A stretch of 63,710 nucleotides of DNA, counting the filler, from Perkinsus chesapeaki ATCC PRA-425 (taxonomy: Eukaryota > Protista > Perkinsozoa), in the NCBI GenBank assembly GCA_013115145.1. It is 4 parts of 4 records of this genome, joined end to end, with 100 filler letters (N's around TTAATTAATTAA, not from the genome) between each part and the next. Parts side by side here need not be neighbours in the genome. Positions count along the whole stretch, not along the records: positions 28,302 to 53,486 come from JAAPAO010000531.1; positions 53,587 to 62,103 come from JAAPAO010000971.1; 2 more parts are not named here. The stretch is one strand, 5' to 3'. Shown here piece after piece: positions 46,068-59,507 of the stretch. Position 1 is the first letter of the stretch. Each line of letters opens with the position of its first letter. Position numbers and translations under genes: made by a program. The notes below the pieces were generated by a model. That model was not told the DNA's origin, did no database searches, and worked only from the letters and a program-made list of their open reading frames with translations.

Positions 46068-49000
46068 GTGCCACAAGACTGCACCTTAATGTACATGGCC
46101 TCTCTAACCAGTGGTACGATATATTACACAATCAAACTGGATGAGAGCCTTACAAGAATTAATACATTCACGAAAGGAAGGCAAGTTGCTGTTGATTATC
46201 TTATCTATGAATTGCATCTCCTTAGTGATGGGGGTTTGATGATAGGGAACCATCCCGATGTCATCGTGCTGCCCAAGAAGCCTAAAACCTGCAAGGATGC
46301 CCTCGAGACCGTTCTCAAGATGGGTGTCCAAGTGGCAGCGAACAGAGCCAATACTCCCTCCGATTGCGATGGCGGTCGACCTCTGGTAACGTCCGAAGTT
46401 GCTATGAAGCGAGTTGAGGATCGAATTCGCTCTACTGAGCCTCATCCTAATCTTGGCTGGTATGAACCTACTGATGCTCAAGGCTTGTGCTATATTATAT
46501 CGGACCTTTACAACGAAATTGAGGAAGTGATTCTACGGAGGAGAAGCTCTGTTCGTTTGGTAAGTATAATGCTTCAACCTCCTTTTACAGTATCTATCAG
46601 GGACCTCAACTGAAATGCGAGCTCACTGCCTCTGGAGACAGCGGCGATTTCTACCTATCATCGACCCCTAACGACGGCATCATGGCCTTCCGAAAAGATT
46701 CGTACGTCAGCCTCTTTGAGCCCCTATCGAACGAAATATCTTTCTTCAGTACATGGATTATACCTACAGCCAATCAGCAGGCTAATGGAGAAACTGAAAC
46801 ACAGACATGCGAAGAGCATCTCAGCAATATGTTGAGAAGAGCGATGGCGAACACAGCAACGATGAATCCTGCCTCCTTCTGGGGATGCCAGCCCTCAGAG
46901 AGATCGAGGACTGTGAAGGAGATAAGCCTCATGTTACCCGATAAGAAAAAATCTTCAAATAAGTTCCGTGGCTTGGCATGCTCGGTCCCAGTTCTCGATA
47001 ATCTATTCAGTGATGCGATGAAACAGCACACAGCCATTACACTAGTAAGCGTGTTCAGCTCTAGCAGTAGGGCGGCGCATAAGTTCTTACTGTAGGAGCT
47101 GGATACCAAAACCTGCGAATTTACTGCTAAGATAGCAGATCCGATGAGCTCACGAGGTCCACAAACTTTACGGTTGCAGTACAATGCAAAAGAGGGCGGC
47201 TTGTACATGATTGGGGACGGAGGGTGAGATGAGTCGAAGAGGTTGCGTATCTCAGTATTTGCTTTCATACCCGTTTATAGGATGTTTCGGTTAGATCAAC
47301 AGGATCTTGGCTGTCCCTTTCAGTATGAGGCTCTACGTCCCTCGTACCGGTTTGACACATATAACGCTGGGACAGGATGCATTCCACAGAGAACTACCGA
47401 TGCCAAACTTTAAGGATTGTAAAGATGGTATAACTAGTTTGCTACGAATAGGGGCTCATTTGTCCCACTCTACAAGCATAGCTGCGGATAATTTAGAAGC
47501 AATAGATCAACTTGTTCACGGTCTGGGCACGTCTAAACATTTGGATGGCATCAATGTGCTGCTCATCCCAGAAATACCTATTTACACTATGGCACTGTTT
47601 GATAAAATGAAAGGCATTAATAGAGGAGGCCTCGCCTCTATAGATGAAGTAAGAGAGAGTTAGCTAACAATTACCTAAGATCAATTTTGACAACTCAGAG
47701 TGCATCCTGCAGCCTACAAGAATCGTATGTAACGCATCTTGGTGATTTATACCTTATCCACCTTCATGCGAATGAGGACGCTCGACCAGTTGAGATTTCA
47801 ACAGCCTACATACCGAAGGACAAAAGACCGACACAGTAGGAACATTCTTTCGGAAGACAACGGATCCTACGAGGCTGTTTTTGGCCGTCCTCGACGGAAT
47901 CTTTTTCTCTTTCAGGGAGGCTAATATGAAGGTGAACACTTCTGTAGTTGGAAATTGTCCGTGTAAAGCATCGACGATCTTACCTCGAGGGTCCTGTCAA
48001 AATAGGCTGGCTACTACGTTATATGCCTGTTGGGGTTGCCTTGTGCACCAAAGCACTGATGTACATGACAGGATGCTCTATAAAGAGCTGGAAGAGTTCG
48101 CTCATCAACAAATCGTTAATGAAGCGAAGAGCCGCTGGAGCCCCATTGATTGGATGTCTCCCCAACCGAGGGCATATCGTATTGTTAAACATGGTTTAAC
48201 AACTGATATCCTCCACGAACTCGTAGGCAGTGTTGCTGGAAATGAAGAAAACGATTTCGGACGACTAAGAGAGAAGAGCACCATTGTAGGAAGAGACACG
48301 AACCTTAGGGGCTACTGTTGTATTCGATAGGACAGAGAAAGGCGGATGAAGCTATCAAGCAATCCTGGGTATGCTTTGTGCGAACTCCGCCTCAAAGATG
48401 AAAAGGATGATGATATTGACAGACTTCACCGACTGCTCCTAGACCACTCCTTTCGTATACTACGCATCACCAGCCCGAAGTAGGAAGGGGGGCACTACTT
48501 CACATGGAGCGTGAAGCGGACCTTGCCATCTTACCGGCAGGTATGGTCAGGGGGACGTTAGAAGTTTAGAGAAGCATTTGGCCGGTAAGGGATTGAGTAG
48601 ATTCTACGGGAAAGTTGAAGAGCCACAAACCAAGAGCACCGAAATATTATGCAAGCTGGCATTTATACATTACCTCGAGGCGATTCGCCTTTTACCGGAA
48701 GCTAAAAAATATCTGGATGCGCTACCAGGCCAGAGTCCGGGGTTCACTAATATTGAGGGCATCGAGATACATGAGGGTGTGTATTATACGGGGAGTTCAT
48801 CAGCTTTAGGAAGACTGTTGGTGGTACTAGGCCAGGTGGCACGCCAAGTTCATATGTAGGAACATCACTCTTGCTGTTACTATATTATGCTCAACTGGTA
48901 GAGACGAGGATTATGCGGTACCTAAAAGCTCACCGAGAGAGTCGCGCAGCAGTCCTCCCTCACCCTCATCGCGAAGCCGAAGCAAGAGGACTACATTGTA

Positions 49001-52000
49001 CGTGTTATTCGCCCATGAACAATCCCTAGCTCTAGTTGACAGATACTCCTCGCGAAGCATACCCTAATAATGATGTTATGAGATAATCAGTTGTTGTTGT
49101 TGTTGTTGTTGTGATGCTCAGGCTTGTGTTGTGAATTGAGGGATGCAAACTGACAAACTGATCCAGCCACAAATACAATAAAAACAGGACGGAATACATG
49201 AGGGCATTTAATGCTCACCCCTAACGCGCCATAGAAAAGGCAACACAAATCATACGGATCATACGTTCCGACTAGAGGTCGAGAGTGCTAGCAGCAGTTA
49301 CGCGGAAGGCAGTGTATTTACAACTATTCTTACGTACCATCACATGTGTGGTGGAACGCTGTGCCCTTGCAAAGGCTGGGTTGCTGCTAGATGCGTGGAG
49401 ATTCCGGTCACTTTGTTGGCATCAGAAATCGAAACAGTTCGAAAACTCCATGGGAGAGGATATCGAGGACAGCATGCGACGCACTTGACAGCTTTACACT
49501 TCCCATATGTCATACTGTCATCAATCATGTATACTGTTATTGCTCCTGATGCTGTTCGGTAACACCACAGCCCCATCGCACAAACCCACTAAAGTAAGCC
49601 AAGCACATCGGGCGGAGTAAAGGTTCGAATCAGCCTCCTTGTGATGTCGTTGAACCTTGAAAGATTACTCTTGTTCGGCGACATTTTGTGTTCTCTTGTT
49701 CAGAAGGACCATGCACGACGCATTAAGAAGAAGGTGAGCTCTCTTGACTTCTCTGCTCATTAAAGACGCCAGTGGCTGACCGAGAACATCATCGCAACTC
49801 TCAGGGATCGGACTTGTACTTGCCATGCGGTATCCGTTCACACGGGAGATCAGCTCCTGCCTATTACTTGAGGCTCGCCTCGGACAGGAAGCAGATTGAC
49901 GTCTTTCGGCGAGATGAGTAGGTGTCTGACTACCTTGGCGGGCTTGGCAACGAACATGCCGAGATTATCGAGCAACCTTGCGCAGGTTGCGATTGATTCC
50001 GAATAGGCAGTCTACCGTCAAAGTTGTCGGCGATTTGTCTTTATTTACAACAAAGGAATCAACTTCGAGCTGCAAAGAAGCTTTGAAGCTCTACTTGGAG
50101 AAGGGTGTGCATCTCTTGGATGACACGAAACCTGGACCGCTTCATCTTCGTAAAGAAACAAACGATGAAAAAATCGCACGCGTTGCTACTATAATAGAAG
50201 GTTTGCCGTGTGATGATGGCATTTACGAAGTGTTTGAAAAAGGATTTATTACCGACCTGCTCGATGCATTATTTGCTAGAGCCAGCAAGGCAGTTTTGAA
50301 AGAAGGAAAGGCGATCACCGCGGTAACCTACATAGCTTGGACCCGTCTTGTGGCGATTAAGTCTTATTTTACGGCTTAGGTGATTGATGAGGAATCTTGC
50401 ACCCTCCAATATAAGTACAATGAGTTAATATGTGACGGCCTAGAGAAGTCTTGCGAATCGAATGCCGAGTATACCTTAAGCTGCGACAAGGAAACAGGAT
50501 CCATAAAAGACCTTAGCAATGGCGTGTACGCTCATTAGATGACCAAGGACACCTTACCTGTTTTATATCAGACTCGCACTGTTCACGATTCCCCCTCCCT
50601 TGATGGAGTACCAGACACTAGGATTTAGCCACGTCTCGAAAAGACCCGAAGATCGGTCATGTATCGACACGCTGGGCCATTTCTTGACTGGTCGAAGCCA
50701 AGATATGAATCCCAGCATAAGGAGTAGTGAAATCATATCTACTCTGGATGGGTTGGTCAAAGATGATGATAACACAGTGAACATCAAGGTCCTCCTGGAA
50801 CTAGAATCGAGTTTGGTTGAACTGTGGAGCGCAGCTACCAGCGATATAGCCAGTTCTCAGGGAAAATACGGGTATTGGATGAGACATGTAGGAGAGCCGC
50901 TGCCACTTCACTCTGAAAAAATTTGATAGACGATGGCAATTTCAGGATGCCCGTTGCAGTGCTCGAGTACCAGTTACCGAGAAAACAGGACGTCTTGGTA
51001 AACACTATGAGCTAATGCTCACAAGGGACGGATCGGTCAAGGCCCACTTTTTCACGTCGAGTGACTCCAACTTCATTGCACCGTAATGACATCCACACCA
51101 GCTCTTTCCGCCGGTTTGGCTCTGCAAGGTTCAGTTTAGTGGAGACCATTTCTGGTTTAGTTACATCGAGCAGTCGTGGAGACCTGCTGAACGACATGCT
51201 TCGGAGCAGCCGCGCGCGGGGGTCGATTGTCGAGATAGACTTCTAAGTATAATCAAGAACGCTTATGATGCAGATGTTAAGAAGCGGTACATGTTCAAGC
51301 GTCTCATAGAAAGACAACTGGTAATTGAAAGTTCACAAGCTTGGAAAGCTTTGTCATCCTGGGACACTCCTCGGGTGTACGAGCTGCAACCTGACGACGT
51401 AGCCAGCAAGATTATCATTGGAAGGATGACATCCCTTGAGCAGAACGTGACTAAGCGCGAAAAGTTAGCGCTACCACAGCGCGACTTGAGCCAGCTTGTA
51501 AGTCCATCGAATCCAGATTCTTGTTTGACTGACCTGTCTTGTTTAGAGTAAAGATTCGGTATGCAAGTTCAAGGTGAAAAATACTCTGGCAGGATACTTC
51601 GAACTAGGGATTGACAATCTCTTCCAGATAAGCTACGTCAGCAATCGCACGTAAACTCCCCCTCCCCTTGTGGATGCATCTCTTACATCTCTGCTATGCC
51701 AGGAAAATCTTTCATCGACCGCGGTATCTCATGGCTGAGCTACAGCAACGCTTAGTCGTGCCTCGAATCGATATCAGTAGATCTTCAACCTCGGAGATGT
51801 GCAAACATGTATGTGTTGCGTACTTGAACGCTGCAACCATCTCCCCATCTACACCCGCGTCAATCATCCCCATTGCTGAGTGGAAAACAATCAAAAGAAC
51901 TGGCCAATACCTTGAGTCGAATGATAAACGTTTTATTGAAGCGATGAGAAGAATATTTGATGTTGCCCAGGAAGTAATAACTTGCACTGATGAGTAGATC

Positions 52001-53208
52001 ATGTGTTTTCTCTCAGGTAGAGCACATCGAAGTGGCAGATTACTCTGAGCCCTCAGACTCGCTGTCTCTAAAATAAGCTGTTTGTTGATTTACTCTCATC
52101 ACACCAACTGCTGTGCCGCGTTCACCATGTATCCTACCAAATGAGGTTGTCCGAAAAGCCTTGTCGTGTTCGTGATGGGGGAGTGGTATCCTGATGACAT
52201 CAAGGTGAAAGTTGGTATCAATTACCCTTAGTGTCCGTCCATGAAATACTGCGTCATAGCGCTGAGCATGTTAGCCCAGATCAACGGGCTGCAAGCCTTG
52301 AAGGTAAGATGCGGAACTCGTACTGTCACGTCCACTAGATAACGCCGCACTGAACGAATTGTCATCGCTGACACCCAAGATCTACTTGAAGCGAAATTCG
52401 ACAGATATGAGCGTCTAGATTTTGTAGTTCGGGCTATAGGAACCCGCCGAATCTTATTTAGGATGACACTCTTGTGTCTTTCACTTCTCACAACACGGTT
52501 CATGTTGGAAGCGCAGTATGTTTCCTTGTCTCAGAGGTTTTTCGGACGAGGAGCGAAAAAGCAAGTAAGAGACTTGAAGTTACATATTAACCCAGGAAAC
52601 AAGCTGGGCTCTCACCGTGGTGGAAAATGTTCTTACTCAGAGCACCGCCGATAGCAAATGCTCGCTTCGATATTCACAAGGAAACAACTCGTATTACGTT
52701 GAGCTCTTAGGAGACATGACGGATGCCGCAGTCCTCAGAAAAAACGAGTAAGGCATCAGTTATACCAATCATAGCTTATATTCATTCTTACAACAACCAA
52801 TGACTGAGAACGATTATTTGCAGGTGGAGACTGGTCAGGACCGCCACCTCGAGTTTTACGATGTCCCTCGATCGTGCACCGGTTAAATATGCATCTTGCA
52901 AACAAGCCATGGAAGACTACCTACGCAAACACATGGCTCCCCCCGCGAGACGAACCAGCAAGACAGGGTCGATGCGGAGAAAACCGGGCCTCAACATTCC
53001 CGAGCTGGATAGCGCCAACAAAAACACCAAGTCATTTGATATCAAAGCTGTAAACGAGGCTCTTGAGAAAATCCTTAGCGAAGGGTTCTCTAATTCTGAA
53101 AAGCAATATAACGAGGAATGGACAAAAGTTAAAACAGTAAGCAGAAACAGCTGCAGGTCCTTACCTGGACTGTCCTCGGTAGTCATCATGCATCTTCACA
53201 ATACGTAA
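46068..53208 (+). CDS. Large unidentified intron-fragmented coding region (one or more genes)
   Basis: A run of + strand ORFs of 85-180 aa with globular-looking composition, separated by short GT-AG gaps; no motif recognised. Confidence 0.4.
49090..49110. repeat. (GTT)7 microsatellite
   Basis: Read directly. Confidence 0.95.
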
Positions 53209-53713
53209 AGATTATAGGCATAAGTCGGAAATGTATTCCTATAATAAAGTTGGTAGAATATTTGGAACTATCCTTTCCCTATGACGCATCGTACACTTTA
53301 CCGTTGCACTGGACTCGACCAGCGACTGCGTGTGTGTGTGAGTTTATAGTCCAACGTCGAAATTGGCTTAGTTAGACTATCCATTCTCTGTGCAGCTTCC
53401 GAGCGAGAGTTTAAATAAACGGTAAACGAGGTTTGCCGAAGTAAAACGAGGGGGCTCCGCTTCGCCCTGTGCACGCGTGCGAGGCCNNNNNNNNNNNNNN
53501 NNNNNNNNNNNNNNNNNNNNNNNNNNNNNNTTAATTAATTAANNNNNNNNNNNNNNNNNNNNNNNNNNNNNNNNNNNNNNNNNNNNACGTGCTGTCCGTG
53601 CACGCGTGCCGCTTATTGACGACCACAACTAAACTTGTCTACTTCGTAAACCTCACTTATATAAGGAGCAATGGAACGTGACTGCGTATTGCTATACAGC
53701 TTTGATCAATAAA

Positions 53714-54049
53714 ATGCGCGTCTCTGTCCTCTGCATGCTTATCGCGGTTGCTGTAGCACAGACAACAACCCAGCAGGCTACCACGTCGGCTGCAACCACT
53801 ACTGCCGCGGCGCAGCTGATCACTACTACTGTCGGTTCGATTACAACGACCACAACTGCACCAGCAGCCACGACAACCGCCGCTATTACCACTACCGAAG
53901 AGACCACGATTGCCGCTACTGTTATCACCGGAGTCGCTGACACCACCACTGCTGCGGTTACTACATCTGGTCACGAGCATCATTCCAGTGCTGCGCCCGT
54001 TAAGTATGCGCTGGCTGTAGCGGTAACGCTTACGATGACTCTTGTTTAA
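53714..54049 (+). CDS. Small intronless Thr/Ala-rich mucin-like surface protein, probably GPI-anchored
   Basis: Signal MRVSVLCMLIAVAVA; TTT/AATT-rich body; small-residue SSAA site then hydrophobic tail YALAVAVTLTMTLV*. Confidence 0.8.
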   Translation: MRVSVLCMLIAVAVAQTTTQQATTSAATTTAAAQLITTTVGSITTTTTAPAATTTAAITTTEETTIAATVITGVADTTTAAVTTSGHEHHSSAAPVKYALAVAVTLTMTLV

Positions 54050-54538
54050 ATGAAGAGATCACAAAGCCCAATGAAGCAGCTCGTCACATGCTGCATGTGT
54101 GAATAGAAAGTACTCTCATTATGATATAACTGCCTTTTGTTAGCTTTGGGAGTTGAGCTCGGGAGACAAATCGTGCATTGAATTCAAGCATCTTTTCTAG
54201 ACGATATCTCGCTGAGTCGTCTCGAGTTGGTGCTTTGTACGCAGGGTCGATAGTATAAAACGATTGCAGAAACAGTCACTGTAGTCAGCACAATGCTTCG
54301 TGTAGTGCAACACTGCCGGCTTGGAAAGGAGCAACCACCGACGCACGGCCCATGGGTCTGGCTCCGACTATCCTAAGGGCTACTGTTCAACTCAAATGCA
54401 ACTGAGCACTTTTCGGTGGGCAGCGCATCACGCTGAGCATGACTTCTTAAGTAGGAAGATACAGCTGCCGTATGCATACTATCGACTCTGGGTGTTCGAG
54501 AGACTTCACTTCGATTCCGCAGTGCTGTGTTAGATTGT

Positions 54539-56220
54539 ATGGAGCGGCGTGCGCTCAAAGAGCACCGACTGCTACTTCTAGGCTGGGGAGCAGCCGCAGC
54601 AGAAGCTTTGAAGGCCATAAGAGAAATGACTACCTCCTGTAGCGTTGATCCCGCTGCCGACGAAGAGGCTGGAAACTGGCGAAAAGTTGAATGCCTAGTT
54701 GTAACACATGAGAAACAGAGTGTCGATGTAGACTTATCAGTAATGTGCGCGGAAATTGGATTTGAGTGTACGCCTACCAACTTGCGCGGAAGTATTTGCC
54801 GTTTGATTAGGCATCGTTCTGAAAGATGACAAGCATGACGAGATGCTCTTAGACGCGGCGCGAGATTATGGCCCACATCTTCTGATTTGCGTGAGCTATA
54901 GAAGGCGCATAAGGTCGGAAGTATTAGAAGTAAGTAGAGCAGTACTTTACTAAAGCGCACAAAGTTCGCCAATGGGAAGTGTACCCGGGCAGAAATACGC
55001 CCCGAGTTCCGATGTTTGCGATGATATGCTGCTCAGTTATGCCCAGGAAAATGTGTCAATTTCCATCCATCTTTGCTTCCAAAACATCGCGGATGCTTTA
55101 GCAGTTTTCATGCTATAATGGATGGAGACACTCACACAGGCGTCACTTGTCACCACATTCAGTAAGCCGGCCATATCGATCGATTACTCAACCGACTTGT
55201 CTTTCAGACAGAAGTACGACTCTGGCAACATCATAGACCAGGTTACCATCGAAGTTGGCCCGTCCGATACCTCACAGAGCCTTTACCGCAAGCTCCTTCC
55301 TATCACTAAAGAATGTATTCACCGAGTGCTCAAACAGTAAACAGTAGGCCCGGTCTTTTCCTCGCTGATCGACTACCATGTAGGGCAGATTTGCGATAGA
55401 GTATCCAATTCTGCAACATTGACTGTTCACAGTCTCAGGCGTTTTAGACCGTCATTGGAATGATCACGGCCGCCTATACACGTCAGTGGGAAATATGCGA
55501 AGTTATGATATCTATGAGGTGTCTCGCGGCAAGATTCTCGCCAGTTTTTAAATATCCTTACCCTGATAGCAAACCGCGGGAAATGTGTTCGAGAATGTTA
55601 CGCCAAAACTGAATTCCAACTATTTGCCACACTTCCCCTATCCAGAGTGCTTCCTGCTATCCCTGTTCGAAACCGTGCGCAACCTGTAATTCTTGAAGAT
55701 ACTTCGCCGAGGGTCTCACGTTCCCGGCTGGTATTCAACAAGATGCCTCTCGAAGCAGTTATCATCAACGAAGATTACCTTACGAAGGAGTAGCTCAACA
55801 AGATTGGAGTGAGGAAAAGATCGAACGTTTCATACGGTGAGTTGAGCACACCAATGTCATTTTGAACTGTATGGCATCACAACACTCCTCCGTCAGTTAT
55901 CCGCGCGAACTGTGTTGCATTAGTTTCTGATGCATCGTTCATGATGTTCGTCGATTTGTTGCCATCCAATGGGCGGCGTTGTGTGCGGAAGATTGTTTTT
56001 CTTGCTACAGTATGCCTGCACACACCTCTGTCGCCTGGCCAGAATAACAACTTCCCGTGTCATTCCGAAACTCCTCAGGGCTATGCAATACCCACCACTA
56101 GAAGGTGCCAGGTTTCCTTTGGCAAATGGGACAGTAGTTATCTGTGACACTTGGCAAGATTTCCTCCGCATTCGAGATTTGTGGAACCAATCATGCACAC
56201 ACAAGTTTGTGACGCCGTGA
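54539..56220 (+). CDS. N10-formyl-THF-dependent formyltransferase (Formyl_trans_N fold), multi-exon; start may lie further upstream
   Basis: RLLLLGWGAAAAEALKAI; CLVVTH; LLICVSYRRRIRSEVLE; CVNFHPSLLPKHRGCFSSFHAIMDGDTHTGVTCHHI; YDSGNIIDQ...DTSQSLYRKL; RRLPYEG...WSEEKIERFIR|AMQYPPLEGARF. Confidence 0.85.
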
Positions 56221-56235
56221 CGTGCCAAACGGTTC

Positions 56236-56257
56236 ATGTAAAGTTTACATTGTAAAC
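56236..56257. mobile_element. Putative hAT excision footprint (T=ATGTAAAC)
   Basis: ATGTAAA-GTTTACAT-TGTAAAC, exact, 16 nt after the formyltransferase stop. Confidence 0.65.
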
Positions 56258-56856
56258 TCACTGTTGGGTTTAACAGGCATATGTTGCTACTATGAAATGA
56301 GCTATATCTTTCAGATGTTCAAGACCATTTTTATACGGGCCCTGTAGACTGCGAATAAAATCGCCCGGTCTGGGGATCGAACCCGGATCCTTCGATAGCT
56401 CCACGGCGGAGCGAAGCTGCATGTGACGCTTTTTTTAAATTCTGGACCGTTACGCACTTGCTAGCGTTCTACCCCGACGAGTAGTTGTTGAGCCTTTCCC
56501 GGACAACGAATAACGAATCTTACGAGTGGCTAGCCGTATCTTTTTGGATTCTTTTGAGGTTAAATCGCTTGCACTGACTCTGCTCAGCAAATAATGTTCC
56601 TTCCTACCAATGTCTTCTATCGACACATCCACTAGCTCAGATACCCCTCCCGAGTATCTTGCTAAGGTGCGCATTCTTCTCACCTCAACTACATAGGGCT
56701 GTCACCTATGTCTACTTCTCGCGATATTCACGCAAATTAGAAGCGTTGAAGCTCGCTGAACCTACCTCTGGCTTTTTCATGTTTCTGTGCCGATTGTTTA
56801 TCATTTCCCCTGTACGTGGAGCTCCCACTATGGTTCCACATCATCCTTCTCGTAGC

Positions 56857-58900
56857 AGCTCCTTAACGGCATTACTAAGGATCGGTCGCCTTCTCAGATA
56901 GAAGCTCTGGAGGGTCGAATCGATGCTCTTCAGCGGCGGGTTACTTCCCAGGAAATCGTCATCCAGGAGCTGTGTGGTATTGGAGTCCAATGGAAACGGT
57001 CAGCTGGTCGATTGGATGCTTCAGAGCAGGTGCGCGGCCGTGAGTCTAGCGAGCTCTGATTATACGTTATCAGGCAAAGACTGTGTACACTCATCAGGAA
57101 CTGAGAACTGCGGTGATGAGCATAGCAGAAGAACTGGAAAATAAAAGGAAGGTGAGGGACGGAAGAGGGAAGAGTTTGGATTGACTTGTAGAGATCTCGA
57201 TATGCTGTTTATGGGTGCCTCGGAGCAGTGGCGGTGCTAAGTGGAGTGATTATCAGGGTAAGGTTTGTTGAGCTAGTAAGTATTTTGCACGCAATAAGCT
57301 TAGATACTCTATGCTCAATGGCAATACTCTTCCACTTTGATTAATTTTCATACCGCTCTCGTCGACAGCGGAGCGAGCCTTCCCCCTCTGGACGAACTAT
57401 CCCCCAGGTAACCGCGCTTCATTGGACTTGCTATAAATCCTCTTGCCGGGATTCGAACGTGTGCCATGTCCTCCTCACTGGATACATCATCAAGGCATTC
57501 TCAGTCCCCTTCTTCTTCCCGCTTCGCCTGTCCTGTCCGCCAATGAGGTGGCCACAGCTCCTCTTTGGGTTATTCTATCTGGTGTCCGATGGATGTAAGC
57601 ATTTGTATTCGTGGTACAGCTGTAAAATGACGTGCTCAGTTTACAGCAAATTGTGATGGCTGCGGCATCTGTTGTGGACCGGTTGCTCCGAGCTGTGGTT
57701 TGGGCTATGCTAGCTGCTTTACTCGGCTACAGCCTGCTGAGGTAATTCAGGGCGGCGCTAGGGCGTGACGGTGAGCGATCCTACCAGGATCGTTCCAATT
57801 CACTTGTCGGTCGATTTCGGGACCGATTTGTCGGTTTGTAATGCGGCTGGCTTGAAAATCGGTAATTAGACGATCTTAAAAATATGATGGCCACGTTGAG
57901 TTGGCGAGGAAAGACAAGTAGATGGAAGCTTCTCGATTGGTTTTTGCACCAGATCTTTCCCCGAGGGCGTTTCGGTTAGAAAATCTAGCTAGATAGGCGG
58001 CCAGGTATTTTACCAGTGACTTTTCAAAGATATGGTACATTACCTGACAAGCAAGGAATTGATAAAAAGTATCACATTACCCATCTGGCTCTTCTATTAA
58101 TCATATCTTCCAAAAAAAGGGAACATCACCAAATTTCGGGAATATCTCCGAACTTGCGGGGCTTTGTTCTGTTCCGCAATTACTAATACCGACTTGATCA
58201 GTACGTTTGCGGTTTGTATTTATTTCATCAGTATTCTGCTATGATGCGTTCCTGTCTTAGGAGGGTGAGGTCTGGGGGTGAGGAGGACAACGCCGAGCCC
58301 GAAGAAGAGCAAGGTCCTGTGGAATCAGACAAGGTAGGGAGCCGTTGTTTGATTCGCCTAAGTATGATACGGTCTTTGTGGGGAGTGAACAGTTTCCTTT
58401 TGAACTGCGCACGTTTTAATCACCTTCGAGCTGATGTGAGTGGTTTGTGTTTTAGGCGGCAGAAGTTAAGTCGTTGGAACGAAAAGTGTCGGAGTACACC
58501 CGACAACGAACAATTGATGACAGCGGGCGGACATTGCAGAGACGGATGACCGATCCACCGAGCGTGACAAGTGACAGATCGATAAATCACGGCGAGGAGT
58601 TGACGGGTGGAACTTATGTCGCTGACAATATAAAGCGGAGGTATACGGACCCGTTGAAGCTGCAGAAGCCGAGAGAAGATGAAGCGTTGGGGAATCGCGA
58701 GATTGGGCAAGTGGAGCAAGATGAGGGTCGAAGGCGTAGAGCTGCGTTGCGATATCCTATTGGATGGAGGCCTGCTGCTTTTCGACTGCAAGGTTGCCCT
58801 TGGTATGGACAAGGAGCATGGTGATATGCTCTCGCTGGGCATTGAACCTGCGTCCATTCGGATGAAAGGCGTGGATCTTATCCAATAGGCGACTGTGGCG
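56857..58900 (+). CDS. Hypothetical spliced gene(s) with coiled-coil and hydrophobic segments
   Basis: QIEALEGRIDALQRRVTSQE...EQ|AKTVYTHQELRTAVMSIAEELENKRK joined by a GT-AG intron; hydrophobic exon VVWAMLAALLGYSLLR. Confidence 0.3.
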
Positions 58901-59507
58901 TGCTGATGATGAATCCATAGAAGGGTGTGAAGGGATGCTACAGTGACTGAGGTGAAAAAGTTGTGGATGAAATGTGTAAAAGGGTCAACAGGAATTTATT
59001 GGGAAGGCTTCACTCACAGTTTCTACATGATCCGCCCGTCTTTGGTTGGGAGTTGTTGATGTTCTTCTTTTCTGACACCTCTAGCTTTATTGTATTTATT
59101 CAATATGACTTACTATACTCCTCACATTTTCATTCCCTGCTGCTGTGCGCTGATTTGTGTAAGTCTCATCGCACGACCGGTCCGATGGGAGTTTAAGGCC
59201 AGAGCTGATGTGGAGCTAAATCTGATAGCTCGAACTATTTTAGGCCTGAAATAAGCCCGTTGGTGTCATTCTGGTGTTGGTATGTCCGTGTGCTCGTCCA
59301 CATATATATGTGGACGATTGTGAGAGCTCATCTCCACTTTCTCCACCATTGTGAAGTGCACATTGTGCAGCTTATATAAGGATGTATATAATGGATACAT
59401 ACATTTTTGTTGTATTTATTATATATATTTATATTTTATTGCATTCTTGAGGAAATGGGGCATATATTCCAGTACGGTATTTCAATTGAAATCCTTTCTT
59501 TTTCAGA

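Noticed and set aside
53469-53609. GTGCACGCGTGC on both sides of the second linker
   Set aside because: The scaffolds are artificially joined; it may mark a shared repeat at contig ends, but 12 bp is too little to interpret.
54373-54972. 199-aa minus-strand ORF with an apparent signal peptide
   Set aside because: No ATG start; it is the antisense shadow of formyltransferase exons, whose motifs are on the + strand.
59295-59316. 22-bp perfect palindrome CGTCCACATATATATGTGGACG
   Set aside because: Even-centred on a TA run, so it does not fit the 1-nt-pivot footprint model; left unexplained.
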